A stretch of 64,000 nucleotides of DNA from Eledone cirrhosa (taxonomy: Eukaryota), in NCBI GenBank assembly GCA_964016885.1, contig OZ024758.1, positions 20,832,001 through 20,896,000 of the forward strand. The letters run 5' to 3'. Under the pieces are notes generated by a model. The model saw nothing but the letters and a program-made list of their open reading frames with translations. It did no database searches and had not been told where the DNA came from. Shown here one piece after another: positions 51,016 through 64,000 of this stretch (within the stretch, counting starts at the first letter, position 1; each line of letters starts with the position of its first letter). The position numbers and the translations under genes were made by a program.

Positions 51016-51987
51016 TTGTCCGATTACTGAGAAAATATTGGCAATTATAAAGTAGAAACAATAATATGTAGAGTGGAAAGTTATCCAATTATAATTAGTG
51101 TGTGAATACTCTAATGTATTAAAAAATTAGGTATGTGAATGCGTGTATATTCATATTTAATAAGGACGAATGGCTGATAGCAAAAGAGTGTTGGACTTCA
51201 GCCGTTTCTCATTATGCATCCTCCAAAGGTTCGATCACCAGAAATGATTGCACGTGAAATTAAAGTACTTGTAGTTCACCTTTTCACAATCACGTTTATC
51301 TTTAACGTTGTTCTCGGGGAGATCAGTATTGTCACCATGTGTGATGCGATTGACTCGTTGAATGAATTAAATCTACAACCTATGTTTACTAGTTGAATGA
51401 ATTGAAGCAACGTTAAATAAAATATCTTTCTTAAGAACACAAAGGATTGAATTTAAGGCGGTTTCACTGATGGCAAATAACAAAAAAGAAAAATGTGATC
51501 AGAGTGGGTGACTAGCAACGTTGGGTTTGAACACACGAGCGATTGTCTCAACTGTTTAACATGTGTCGAAACACGACACTAACTTAGAGAATGCGTGTGG
51601 TAACAAGATGTGGTTAAAGTAAATAGATTATACAAGATGGGAATTAAAGATAATAGATTTGAACCTTTGTAGAAAAAGGTGAATTAGAGACTATCGTATG
51701 AAGTGTAAATTACAAGATAATTACATATAGGCAACCACATGAGGATGAAAAGCCTCAGAGCACATTCGGCAGTGACATCTTATTTCGGTTTCTTCAAATA
51801 TGTAGGTACTGAACAGCTTTGATACCCTGAGAGAATCGCGAGGTGATAGATCCATCTCTGATGTTCATATCCCTCAGGTAATGAAGTTATTCTGTGTCAC
51901 ACGCACTAAACTGACAAACTAACTTAAATAGTTCAGTTTAAAGAATCATGTTGAGATAGTATCATTTCAAAACACCTATCTTAGAAA

Positions 51988-52083
<96 letters not shown>

Positions 52084-52087
52084 TTAA

Positions 52088-52181
<94 letters not shown>

Positions 52182-52726
52182 TTAATATATATTATATACG
52201 CATACACATATGGACATATATACATAAATATATACATAAACATATATGTATAGTTATATATCCGTACGTGTGTACTGCCTTTCTTGTTATCATAGGAAAT
52301 ATTTTGACACTTTCCCTGTTATAAGCGGTATGGTATAAATAATTTATCAACCGTATCATATACATTGTTTATCTCATAATCAGCCATTCAACGATTCCGA
52401 TATTTCTTATATTGCGTTGAAATTCGTCACATGCGAGAATTGTGCCATGATATATTCATACCTTACATAAAATATCTGTTTTATCTTAGTGGTGATGAAG
52501 TTCTCTGTTGCGTTGCTATAAACATTTTGTTTCAAGTTTTATTTTAATTATCTGGTTTGCATCAATATATTTCTGATATGGAGTTTCGTGATCGATATGC
52601 ATTTTTACAGTAGTATCTCATGAATTTGTAAATAATATCTGTTGTGTGTTTAACTTTCGATAGAATAGGTCTAATTGTCCCCGCCAGAACCCATATAGTT
52701 ATATATATATAGATAGATACATACAT

Positions 52727-52825
<99 letters not shown>

Positions 52826-52841
52826 TATTTAATATAGAAAA

Positions 52842-52892
52842 GGCTTCTACAGGACTAGAAATGTTTCATCCGGGAGAAATCATCAGGGAGCC
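52842..52892 (-). ncRNA. Type I hammerhead motif, family A
   Basis: GGCTCC-CTGATGA-T-TTC-TCCC-GGA-T-GAAAC-AT-TTCTAGTC-CT-GTA-GAAGCC, then TTTTCTATATTAAA and (TA)n. The tail matches that of the copy at 45-97. Confidence 0.75.
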
Positions 52893-53132
52893 TATTGCGC
52901 CCGGGATAAATTTATATGTATAAGTGTGTGTGAGTGTGTGTGCGTGTGTGTGTGTGTGTTTAGGTGTTTGTGTGTATGAGTGTGTGTGTGTGTGTTTGCA
53001 TGTAGATGCAAATGTGTTTGTACGTGTATCTGTGAGTGTGAACTTGGTGGGTGCGTGTGTGTTTGTGTGTCTGTTCATACATGTATATATACATTAGATA
53101 TGCATGCATCTATAATCACGTGTGATTAATAT

Positions 53133-53315
53133 AGTTGTTTCTACTTTTGGCACACGGCCAGCAATTAACAGTGTATTACTGGTACTTTATTTTATCGACC
53201 CCGTTAGGATGAAAGGCAAAGTTAACCTCGGCAGGATTTGAAGTCAGACTGTAAAGGCCCGTAACTCTGTGCTGCAAAGCATGGCCTCCGGCTCTCTACC
53301 GATACAGCCAATCCA
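53133..53315 (-). mobile_element. tRNA-derived SINE
   Basis: CTGGTACTTTATTTTATCGACCCCG...CTCTACCGATACAGCCAATCC. Confidence 0.8.
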
Positions 53316-53838
53316 AATGAATTCATGCCATATTCCCCTTTTACATTTAAATGATCTTTTAGTCGAGTAGGAGCTTCATATAAACTTTAGACAACCATTG
53401 AAAGTCATATTTCCCTAGTTTCTTTTATTGCATTTTCATTTAAATTTTTCTTTTATTATTGTTAATATTTATTATTTATTCTTATTCATTTGATCGTATT
53501 CTTTTGTCAAATACCAAACCATGTCTTAATTATATCCCTGCAGGAAATGCGACAACAAAACTTTCGGTCGGATTCTCATCCCGCTGTCAACTAAGACAAC
53601 GTTAGATTCTGATTGTTATCAGGTCTAATTTTGATCGCTCTACACCGTATTCTAATGTTGCATAGCTATTACTGATTATTTGCCGTTCCTCAGCTTCGTA
53701 TTGTTTCACTAAACCATTTTAGTATTTTCCTTCTTGTTAACCGGCAATGGCGTATGTACTATACTTATACACTGATAAAACTGCCCATCCTTATATAAAC
53801 ACTGATAACTTCTAAACTATAGGTCACAGTGCATGCAT

Positions 53839-53951
<113 letters not shown>

Positions 53952-53958
53952 TATATAG

Positions 53959-54110
<152 letters not shown>

Positions 54111-55317
54111 GTGTGTTTGTGTGTGTGTATGTATGCATGCACTGTGACCTATAGTTTATATATATATGTATACGTACATATTAAGTCTTCGGTTTGAAAT
54201 TTGTAGAAATTTCTAAGAAGAAAACAAGTTTATACAAATGTTATATTTGACGACCCAATATATATATATATATATATATACATATATGAGCATAAAGTAA
54301 AAATATATATCCCTTCCACAGCACTAAGTAAATTATTTAAGAAGAGGCTGGAGCACCATGTGAAAATAAACGGAAGAACAAATGAAGTATATTTAATATA
54401 TTTGCTTTGTTCTCCAACAAATGGATCAGAAGTATATACTATATGAATAAAGGTTTGAGAAAATAATTATATAAATATATAGGTATGCATAAAAAGGAGG
54501 AAAATATAAACGTTGTTGTTATAAATCTGAATCGACATCGCTCATGCTTGACTGCCTTCCTTTTAAATTTCATGTGTCTAACTTGAAGCAGCGTGGGATT
54601 AAAACTTTTTAGATCACTAAATTTGGTTGAAAAGCATAACTTGAAATAATTCAAAATTCTCTAAACTATTTGGAATAATAATAATCCTGTTACGTATACT
54701 GTTAAAGTTTATAGATAAGTTTATTTTTATCTTAGTTACTAGGTATATATTCTCTTTAATAAAGAAATCATTCATAAAATGTCGGTGTATCGTTGGAATT
54801 GTAAGACTATCAGGAAATAAGGTTTGTCTTTTTTTTTATTATGGCACAGTTTATTCCGTAAGTTCAAATACCAACTTCAGTCTCTGGAAATATATTGGCC
54901 TCCAATACGAGAATTAATCTCTTGCAGCAGATATTCTAATAGTTATTATTTGAATATCACAGCACTCACAAGAAGCAGAATCACATCCTTGCTGTTTTAT
55001 GTATATTGAAAATTATATTTCCAGTATGCTTTTTTTTCTTCTAATAAATACTGTCTCCTTGTTTGGAAGTAAGGTTCTCAAAAGTTTGTAAGAAAGAACG
55101 TGTCTAACTATTATTGCTAACAAAGTTAGGACATCTCCGGGTCAGAAGTCTTTTCTTGTTACCTGTTCCGTTGCCACTAACGATGATACGATGTATGTTG
55201 GTATCAGACGATTGTCTCATGTGATTGGTAAGTGATTGGAGAGACTAGTGGTTTACTTTACGATACAAATTTATTTCATATTGTTCACGGAAACATATAT
55301 GAAATATGTAGTGAAGC

Positions 55318-56510
55318 AATTCGGCAGGATTTGAACGTAAATCTATGCCACAATTATGTTATCCGATGCTCTACCGATGCTGTCAATTCACCGTACTCTG
55401 TCTTACTAATAATTATTTCTACTATTGGTACAAGGCCAGTAATTATCGCAATGCATCACTGGTACTTTATTACAGTAAGGATGAAAGGCAAAGTTAACTT
55501 CGGAGGGATTTGAACTCAAACCCTAAAGGGACGTAACTCTATGCTGCAAAGCATGGCGTACGACCCTCTACCGGTACTGCCAATTCACTGCCCTCTCTGT
55601 CCTCTGTCCGACTAATAATGGGTTCTGATTTAGGCGCTAGGCCAACAATGGTGGAAGCGGGGAATGTCGATTAAACCGACCCTAATGCATTACTGGTACT
55701 TTTATAGACCCCGCAAATATCAGAAGCCAAGTTAACCTCGGAAGAATTGGAACTCAGAACATAAAGGGAGGTAATTCTCTGCTGCAATCATATTGTCCGA
55801 CTCTCTAACGATACTGAAAATCAATCGCACTTCTAAATGTAAATAATTGTTTCTACTTTAGGCACAAGGCCAGCAATTACCCAGTGCGTTACTGGTACTT
55901 TATTTCATTGACCCCGTAAGGATGAAAGGCAAAGTCAACCTCGGCGGGATTTGAACTCAGATCGTAAAGGGACGTAACTATGCTGGAAATCATGGCGTCC
56001 GACCCTCTACCGATACTGCCAATCCACCGCCAATCCACTTCTAAATGTAAATAATGATTTCTACATTTGGCACCAGGCCAACAATTTTGAGGGGGGGGGG
56101 GGTCAAATAAATCGACCCTAGTGCCATACTGGTACTTTATTTTATCGAACCCGTAAGGATGAAAGGCAAGGTTAACCTCGGCGGAATTTGAACTCAGACC
56201 GTAAAGAGGAGTAACTCTATTCTGCAAAGCATGGTATCCGACCCTCTACCGATACTGCCAATCCATCAACCTTCTAAATGTAAATACTTGTTTCTAGTTT
56301 TGGCACAAGGCCAGCAATTATCCCAGTGTATTACTGGTAATAATAATTGTTTCTACTTTACGCACAAGGCCAGCAATTATCATAGTGTATTACTGGTACT
56401 TTATTTTATCGACCCCCGTAAAGATGAAAGGCAAGGTTAACGTCGGTGGGATTTGAACTCAGACCATAAAGGGCCGTAACTTTTTGCTGTAAAATATGGC
56501 GTCCGACCAA
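55318..56510 (-). mobile_element. Head-to-tail array of about 6-7 full or partial copies of the tRNA-derived SINE
   Basis: CTGGTACTTT...GAAAGGCAA...AACCTCGG...GAACTCAG...TACCGATACTGCCAAT repeats every ~200-220 bp. The linker CTTCTAAATGTAAATA recurs near 55830, 56038 and 56271. Confidence 0.85.
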
Positions 56511-56573
56511 GAGCAGAATATCTCAGCGGGAACATCTTTCACCGTAGGTATGTATGTACAAACGGGATGCCTG

Positions 56574-56608
<35 letters not shown>

Positions 56609-56624
56609 AGTATATATGTGCCTG

Positions 56625-58600
56625 TGCATGTACATATGTATATATTTCTGTGTATGCACCTATAAATATATTTCTGTGTGTGTACATATGAATATATTTC
56701 TGTGTATGTACATATGAATATATTTCTGTGTATGTACATATGTATATATTTCTGTGTATGTATGTATGAATATATTTCTGTGTATGTACATATGAATATA
56801 TTTCTGTGTATGTATGTATATATTTCTGTGTATGTACATATAAATATATTTCTGGGTATGGACATATGTATATATTTATGTGTATGTACATATGTATATA
56901 TTTATGCGTATGTACATATGTATATATTTATGTGTATGTACATATGTATATATTTATGTGTATGTACATATGTATATATTTATGTGTATGTACATATAAA
57001 TATATTTCTGTGTATGTACATATAAATATATTTCTGTGTATGTACATATTAATATATTTCTGTGTATGTATAAATATATTTCTATGTATGTAAATATAAA
57101 TATATTTCTGTGTATGTACATATAAATATATTTCTATGTATGTACATATAAATATATTTCTGTGTATGTACATATTAATATATTTCTGTGTATGTAAATA
57201 TAAATATATTTCTGTGTATGTACATATAAATATATTTCTATGTATGTATGAATATATTTATGTGTATGTACATATAAATATATTTCTGTGTATGTACATA
57301 TAAATATATTTCTGTGTATGTACATATAAATATATTTCTGTGTATGTACATATTAATATATTTCTGTGTATGTACATATAAATATATTTCTGTGTATGTA
57401 CATATGTATATATTTCTGTGTATGTATGTATGAATATATTTCTGTGTATGTACATATGAATATATTTCTGTGTATGTATGTATATATTTCTGTGTATGTA
57501 CATATAAATATATTTCTGGGTATGGACATATGTATATATTTATGTGTATGTACATATGTATATATTTATGCGTATGTACATATGTATATATTTATGTGTA
57601 TGTACATATGTATATATTTATGTGTATGTACATATGTATATATTTATGTGTATGTACATATAAATATATTTCTGTGTATGTACATATAAATATATTTCTG
57701 TGTATGTACATATTAATATATTTCTGTGTATGTATAAATATATTTCTATGTATGTAAATATAAATATATTTCTGTGTATGTACATATAAATATATTTCTA
57801 TGTATGTACATATAAATATATTTCTGTGTATGTACATATTAATATATTTCTGTGTATGTAAATATAAATATATTTCTGTGTATGTACATATAAATATATT
57901 TCTATGTATGTATGAATATATTTATGTGTATGTACATATAAATATATTTCTGTGTATGTACATATAAATATATTTCAATGTATGTATGAATATATTTATG
58001 TGTATGTACATATAAATATATTTCTGTGTATGTACATATAAATATATTTCTGTGTATGTACATATTAATATATTTCTGTGTATGTACATATAAATATATT
58101 TCTATGTATGTACATATAAATATATTTCTATGTATGTACATATAAATATATTTCTGTGTATGTACATATAAATATATTTCTGTGTATGTACATATTAATA
58201 TATTTCTGTGTATGTAAATATAGATATATTTCTGTGTATGTACATATAAATATATTTCTGTGTATGTAAATATAGATATATTTCTGTGTATGTACATATA
58301 AATATATTTCTGTGTATGTACATATAAATATATTTCTGTGTATGTACATATTAATATATTTCTGTGTATGTAAATATAGATATATTTCTGTGTATGTACA
58401 TATAAATATATTTCTGTGTATGTAAATATAGATATATTTCTGTGTATGTACATATGTATATATTTCTGTGTATGTACATATAAATATATTTCTGTGTATG
58501 TAAATATGAATATATTTCTGTGTATGTACATATGTATATATTTCTGTGTATGTACATATGTATATATTTCTGTGTAAGTACATATGAATATATTTATGGG
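56625..58600. repeat. 26-bp minisatellite (TATATTTCTGTGTATGTACATATAAA) with a 664-bp higher-order duplication
   Basis: The unit is visible throughout. The rare variant TCTGGGTATGGACATA occurs at 56851 and 57515, and identical ORF translations are offset by 664. Confidence 0.92.
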
Positions 58601-59942
58601 TATGTATGTATAGTGGATATATTTGGGCCTAGTTGAAAACTGGCAGAGCATATGTAGGAAACAATAACACTTACACACTGAAAGAAACGGATGCAAACAT
58701 CGCCAAAATATTATTCCCGTGATAATTGTTTCCGTTTCTCAATTTCTCGTATTATTTAATGCATCAGGATATGAGCCTGCGTGTTAGTCAGAGTGTCTTC
58801 GTGTGTGTGTGTATATATGTGTGCGTTTGCGTGTGCGTATGCGTCAGTAGATGCGGGTTTGTATATGTGTGTGAGTATCTGTTTGTATGAGTATGTGTGT
58901 GTGTGTGCTTTTCGCTCTTGATATATATACATATATATATCCGTCTCTCTCTCTGTCTCTGAATTTCTCGCTCTCACTAAATCTGCCTTTGTTTATCTCT
59001 CAATCGCTCTCATCCCCCCTTGCTCTCTCTCTATATATATCTCTATATCTATCTATCTCTCCGCCTCTCTGTGGCTTTGTTATCTCTCTATCTATCTATA
59101 TCCGCCTCTCCGCTTTTCTGTTTCTCTCACCATATCCCTCTACCTCTCCCACTCTCTTTCTCTCTCTCTCTCTCTATGTATTTCTCTTTCTCTCTGTATT
59201 TATCTTACTCTCCCACTATCTATCTATCACAATCTCTGCCCCTCGTTTTACTCTCTGTTTCTATCACCATGCCCCTCTTTGTCTTCCAATTTCGCTCACT
59301 CTCTCTATCTATCTATCTCACTCTATCTCTCTCTCTCTCTCTCAAGCAGGTTTTAATGTTACGGGATGGTTTGTTGTAGGTACGCATGTGACAGACTTTC
59401 ACAAATATATACAGTGACATGATAACTAAATGATTCCCTTTCATCCTTTTACACTATTTTCCTCAAGCTAGTCATTTCTTTTAAGCTTTCCTTACATAGA
59501 TATTGCTTATCACATGAAAATTTACCAATTTGTCAGAACCAACTATTTTCCAACACTCTAACAAATAGAAAGAAATATTTCTCGACAACTTGACAATATA
59601 ATCACACGCTGTTGAACGAATGCCTCAATTGAGCTGGAATTTTAAAAATAGAAGGAACAAAGAAACTGTCAGCAACATCTATTACACGTGCGTCTTCTAC
59701 TATATATTCTAACATAGAAATCGACATAGATCAGCACAAAGTTAGCTCTGTGTATATATTTACATATATGCATGTAACATACAAAATTACTGTTACTGCA
59801 TGATGATACCATGTACACTTAACAGATATTTCTACAAACGTACAAATTGGCATGTACGTATTTCTCTCTTTTTTCCACCCCTTCCTCATATATATATATA
59901 GGGAGATAGAGGGAAGAGAGAGAAAGAGAAAGAGAGAGAGAG

Positions 59943-59992
<50 letters not shown>

Positions 59993-59995
<3 letters not shown>

Positions 59996-60247
59996 AATAA
60001 GGGCGCTGCGGAGTTGCAAATGGGTTACATATGAAAAAAGTTTGTCCTTCATCAGTGATCTTCCAACCACCATAGGCATTTCATCGCTTTAAAGACCATA
60101 TACCTCCGGTTGGTGCGAGCAACGGCTAAAAAAAGTCGTTGGGACACGTATATAAAGGGGACGCGAGGGTAAACAAACAAAATGGTGAAGCAACAGAAAG
60201 TGAGGAAGAAAGAGACAAGTCCCAGATTTCTATGAATGTTAGTTCGG

Positions 60248-60250
<3 letters not shown>
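59993..60250 (-). mobile_element. Truncated copy of the 24176-24918 repeat family abutting (TA)n
   Basis: GGTTACATATGAAAAAAGTTTGTCCTTCATCAGTGATCTTCCAACC...AAAAAAGTCGTTGGGACACGTA matches 24206-24420. Confidence 0.8.
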
Positions 60251-60283
<33 letters not shown>

Positions 60284-60565
60284 GAGAGAGATACTGTATA
60301 ACTTTTCTTTTTAATGGCTGATAATACTTTACCGGCCCCACTCGAGTAAGTTAATTATTTAACCCATAAGTGTGGCCCTAACAGCTGGTACTGGTCCCGG
60401 CCACTACTGGGAGTGATAACAACTAAGAGGTAACATCACATTCCCCACAACACCTAAACTCCAGAACTAGTGGATTGCCGCACGGTTTAATGCCAAACAT
60501 ACATATACGTACACACACACATGCGCACCCATACATACAAACATATACATACATATATTACATGC

Positions 60566-60632
<67 letters not shown>

Positions 60633-60861
60633 TATGTACACGTACATACATATATGTATACAGACGTACAGTAGTATGTATATATATATACATACATGCA
60701 CATATGTATATATATATACATACATGCACATATGAATATATATATACATACTACTGCTACTGTACGTCTGTATACATATATGTATGTACGTGTATATACT
60801 TATATTTAAGTAACAGCCGTACTAAGAGTGGGAAATGAAATTTAGTTTCATTTTTTCCGTT

Positions 60862-60931
<70 letters not shown>

Positions 60932-61347
60932 TGTGTATGTGTGTGTGTGGGGGGGGGGGGGGGGTGCTGGTGTGTGCACGTGTAATCTAGCAAATATATT
61001 AGCAAACCTACTTGAATAGTTATAACGACAAGTGTACACGTTGTCAATAAACATACAAACATATAACAAGAGAAATCCTCGGTTCATTTGCGAAATATTA
61101 TCTTCATGAAAGAAGCAGAAGGTAAAATACATTTATACAAACACGCACCCAGGGTGAGACGTAGACATACACACAGAGAAAACACACATATTTATCTATC
61201 AACCTTTCTGTATTTATATGTATGGCCACTGCCTTCGGTGATTTTTCCTGGTGTCACACCTTTTAACTGTTGTGTTTATTCGAATAGTACCTGCTATATG
61301 ACAGTTACAACTTCGGTTTACACCTAATATATATAATTCTATGTAGA

Positions 61348-61540
61348 TGGTGGATTGGCAGGCAGTATCGGTAGAGGGTCGGACGCCATGCTTTGACGCA
61401 TAGAGTTACGGCGCTTGCCATTCTGAGTTCAAATCCCGCCGATATTAACTTTGCCTTTCATCCTTACGGGGTCGATAAAATAAAGTACAAATAATACACT
61501 CGTTAATTGCTGGCATTGTGCCAAAAGTAGAAATAATTAT
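61348..61540 (+). mobile_element. tRNA-derived SINE with TSD
   Basis: Full-length copy flanked on both sides by ATTCTATGTAGAT. Confidence 0.85.
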
Positions 61541-64000
61541 TCTATGTAGATACGTAAATTTAAATTATATATTTACATATAATTTCTTTTGTTCCACGAT
61601 TTGACATTATTTCAACCCTGAAATGCATATTTTTGACCGCATTTGCCCACTTCTACATCGTCACGGTTAAAGATTATTCAAAGATACATTTGAAATAATA
61701 TAATATACTCCTGCTGGAAAAAATATATTAACAGAACAGCTGTGATTTTATTCCTTCCTCAGTGGGAGAGGAGATATTAAGATTATTTATTTAACAAAAT
61801 GTTCTAGAATGTTCTTAATATAAACAACTAGATACAAATTTAATTTGAATTAATTTCTGTCGTGAAATTAGTGTATAACTTTCTGGCATATAAATAAGTT
61901 TTTTCTGAGAGCAATAATTTAATTCAGAATGTTCTAGATTGTCTAAGTGTGATCTGTTATGAAAGTATTCCAGGAGTTGTGAATAGTTTTTGCTGTAACA
62001 TTGTTCATGCTTACATAAATTGACGATTTCTTTGCTTTATAATGATGATACTTTACACATCCGTCACAGTGCAGTTGTCTTTGAAAATATACAAATATAC
62101 ACCATTGTCAAATCATAAGAATATAATTATTTGATGTTTTCTATACGCATTCTATTCTGATATCTATCTTCTCCTCTGTGAGAAATAAAATATTTTGATT
62201 TTGCTACTTGTCTTTCATGATGGTTTCCTTTCAACTTTGCACAATAGTCTTCAGCTTTTTATAACGCGTGTAAAAATGATATGTACATTTGCCCCACAAC
62301 TATATATCATTTATGCCACCATGTATCAATGTGTGGTGTTTTGAAACCATTTCGAAAATATGTCACTCTCTTGTTTGTGATCTTTTTTATGAAAATGATT
62401 GTGACTTAATTGCACATTCTGTTGGAGGTCAGTAAATTAACAAGCGTTATATATTTGTTTATGGGAAGGCATATATATCAGCATTAGCCAGGAAAAGCGA
62501 GGTGTAATGTTCCATGTTGTCTGTTGCAATGCCCTCGATCCTTTTGAAAGAACCGAATTGAATATATTAGATAGATGCTATTGCTCTATAGATAATAAAA
62601 TGACTAAGGCTTCAAAAAGCAATTCACATATTCAGCTCTCTTGACTCACGTGTCAGGCCTAAATATACCTTCAGCAGTTTAAAAATATTTTCTGTTTAAA
62701 TTGATCTCTTGGGGTTTCTACAAGCATCAGGAAAACATTCTGGAGCGCTTCAATTATATATATTTAAGTTATAACTCGATAGTCATCTGCTGTTCCCGGT
62801 ATTCCCACAGATATGTGTGTATATAAGTTGTCTTACACCCTAGAAAATACACTCATAAAACACCATAACGCAACCGCTGACACACACTCCTCTGTTCCGC
62901 TAAACCAGCCGCCGACCAGTATCCCTATTTTGTAGCAATTTATAGACTGATATAGATATGGGAGATGAATTAAAAGGTAAAATGTTTGAAGTGATGCGGT
63001 GACCTTGGTCTGTATTATTTGTGTGAGTATATGAAGTTTTCCCTATAACAAGTACCCATTTATTTCAACATATTATGCGTTACAGTAGGGCACATTGTTT
63101 ACTATCAGAAACGAATTCGACTGAATCTTGCGCAAAGTATGTGGCTGTTTTAAATTATGTTTCATGCAAAGGAATTCTCTGAAACCCAGATAAGCCCACA
63201 TATTTACGTTCAATAGAAATATCAGCTCGTAAAATAAATATAAAAATGTTTAATATAACTTCAATTCAATGTCGCATGTTAATATTGAGGAATCAGCAAT
63301 GACGACACGTTATATATGATGCAACCGTGTAGAATTGTTGATCTAATTAGGCTTCCTGCCAAGCATTGTGAAATCTTTCTTAGCTGAAAATGACATGCCA
63401 TTCTAAAGGCAGGAAATATTCTCCACCATCATATGTTAAAAAGCATTTGTCGCTGCGACAACTTTATTGCAATTCTGAATAGAAATCACTCACGAATAAA
63501 TCATTGTGTAGTGAGTATTTTGCAAGGTGAGTTAATGCATAAATTATCTTTCTCACAGAGAATCTATTCAGTTATATCTTCTGTTGATTATCTTTCATTG
63601 TTGAACGAGAACATGATTTACGGTTCTATGTGGACTATTTCTGGTTAGCAACAGTAGAAAAATATATGTTCATAAAAGACTATAATTTGGGACACGTTCA
63701 AGAAATTTGGTAAATGTTTCTAGCATATATTCCAGGCATGTTTATTTTATTGATTCTATTCTCACAAAATGTACGTTAATTAAGTTAATTTCTCGGAATA
63801 CGCACGCGCACTTATACAGACACAAATATACATTATTTTTATCAGGTTTCAATTGAAGAGGAAAATCAGGGTGGAGGGAGAAATGCTGTCTTCCAACAAG
63901 TTGGGTGTGCAATTTATTTTTTGATTCTTCATTCAGTTCATAGAGTACATCTTGACAAGGAATTACAGACACACTCATAAGCAGAGAGAGAGAGAGAGAG

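Noticed and set aside
56625-58600. CRISPR-like periodicity
   Set aside because: Contiguous tandem units without unique spacers, no cas genes, and a eukaryotic context.
60370-60420. CCTAACAGC...GGTCCCGGCC, a twister-like string
   Set aside because: It lacks the conserved AAGC and pseudoknot partners, and is single-copy in the window.
63433-63532. Possible host exon ending at CAAG|GTGAGT
   Set aside because: A donor-like motif alone, with no recognisable protein similarity or supported acceptor.

Overview
This is AT-rich, microsatellite-dense animal non-coding DNA. The (TA)n density and SINE family suggest a cephalopod such as octopus, but that is inference. No host exon can be supported. The one substantial coding unit is an intronless Helitron2/Helentron-type rolling-circle transposon gene at 5481-12204. 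It reads as 15-aa helical repeats, a Zn/DUF6570-like region, an HUH Rep, a PIF1 helicase and an unusual C-terminal USP/C19 deubiquitinase with intact catalytic residues, and it is broken by only one in-frame stop and one +1 frameshift. The second main signal is non-coding. At least eight unrelated short sequence families each carry a hammerhead-ribozyme-like core (canonical, U3-A8 and CAGANGA variants). They are oriented hammerhead -> short tail -> (TA)n, and many fold back into inverted duplications that break at the 5' edge of the CUGANGA box, consistent with TA-targeted Penelope-like or retrozyme mini-elements. The rest comprises many tRNA-derived SINEs (including a tandem array), CR1, RTE and R4-like LINE fragments, small MITEs, and a 26-bp minisatellite with a 664-bp higher-order repeat. 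Almost all other listed ORFs are microsatellite or antisense artefacts.
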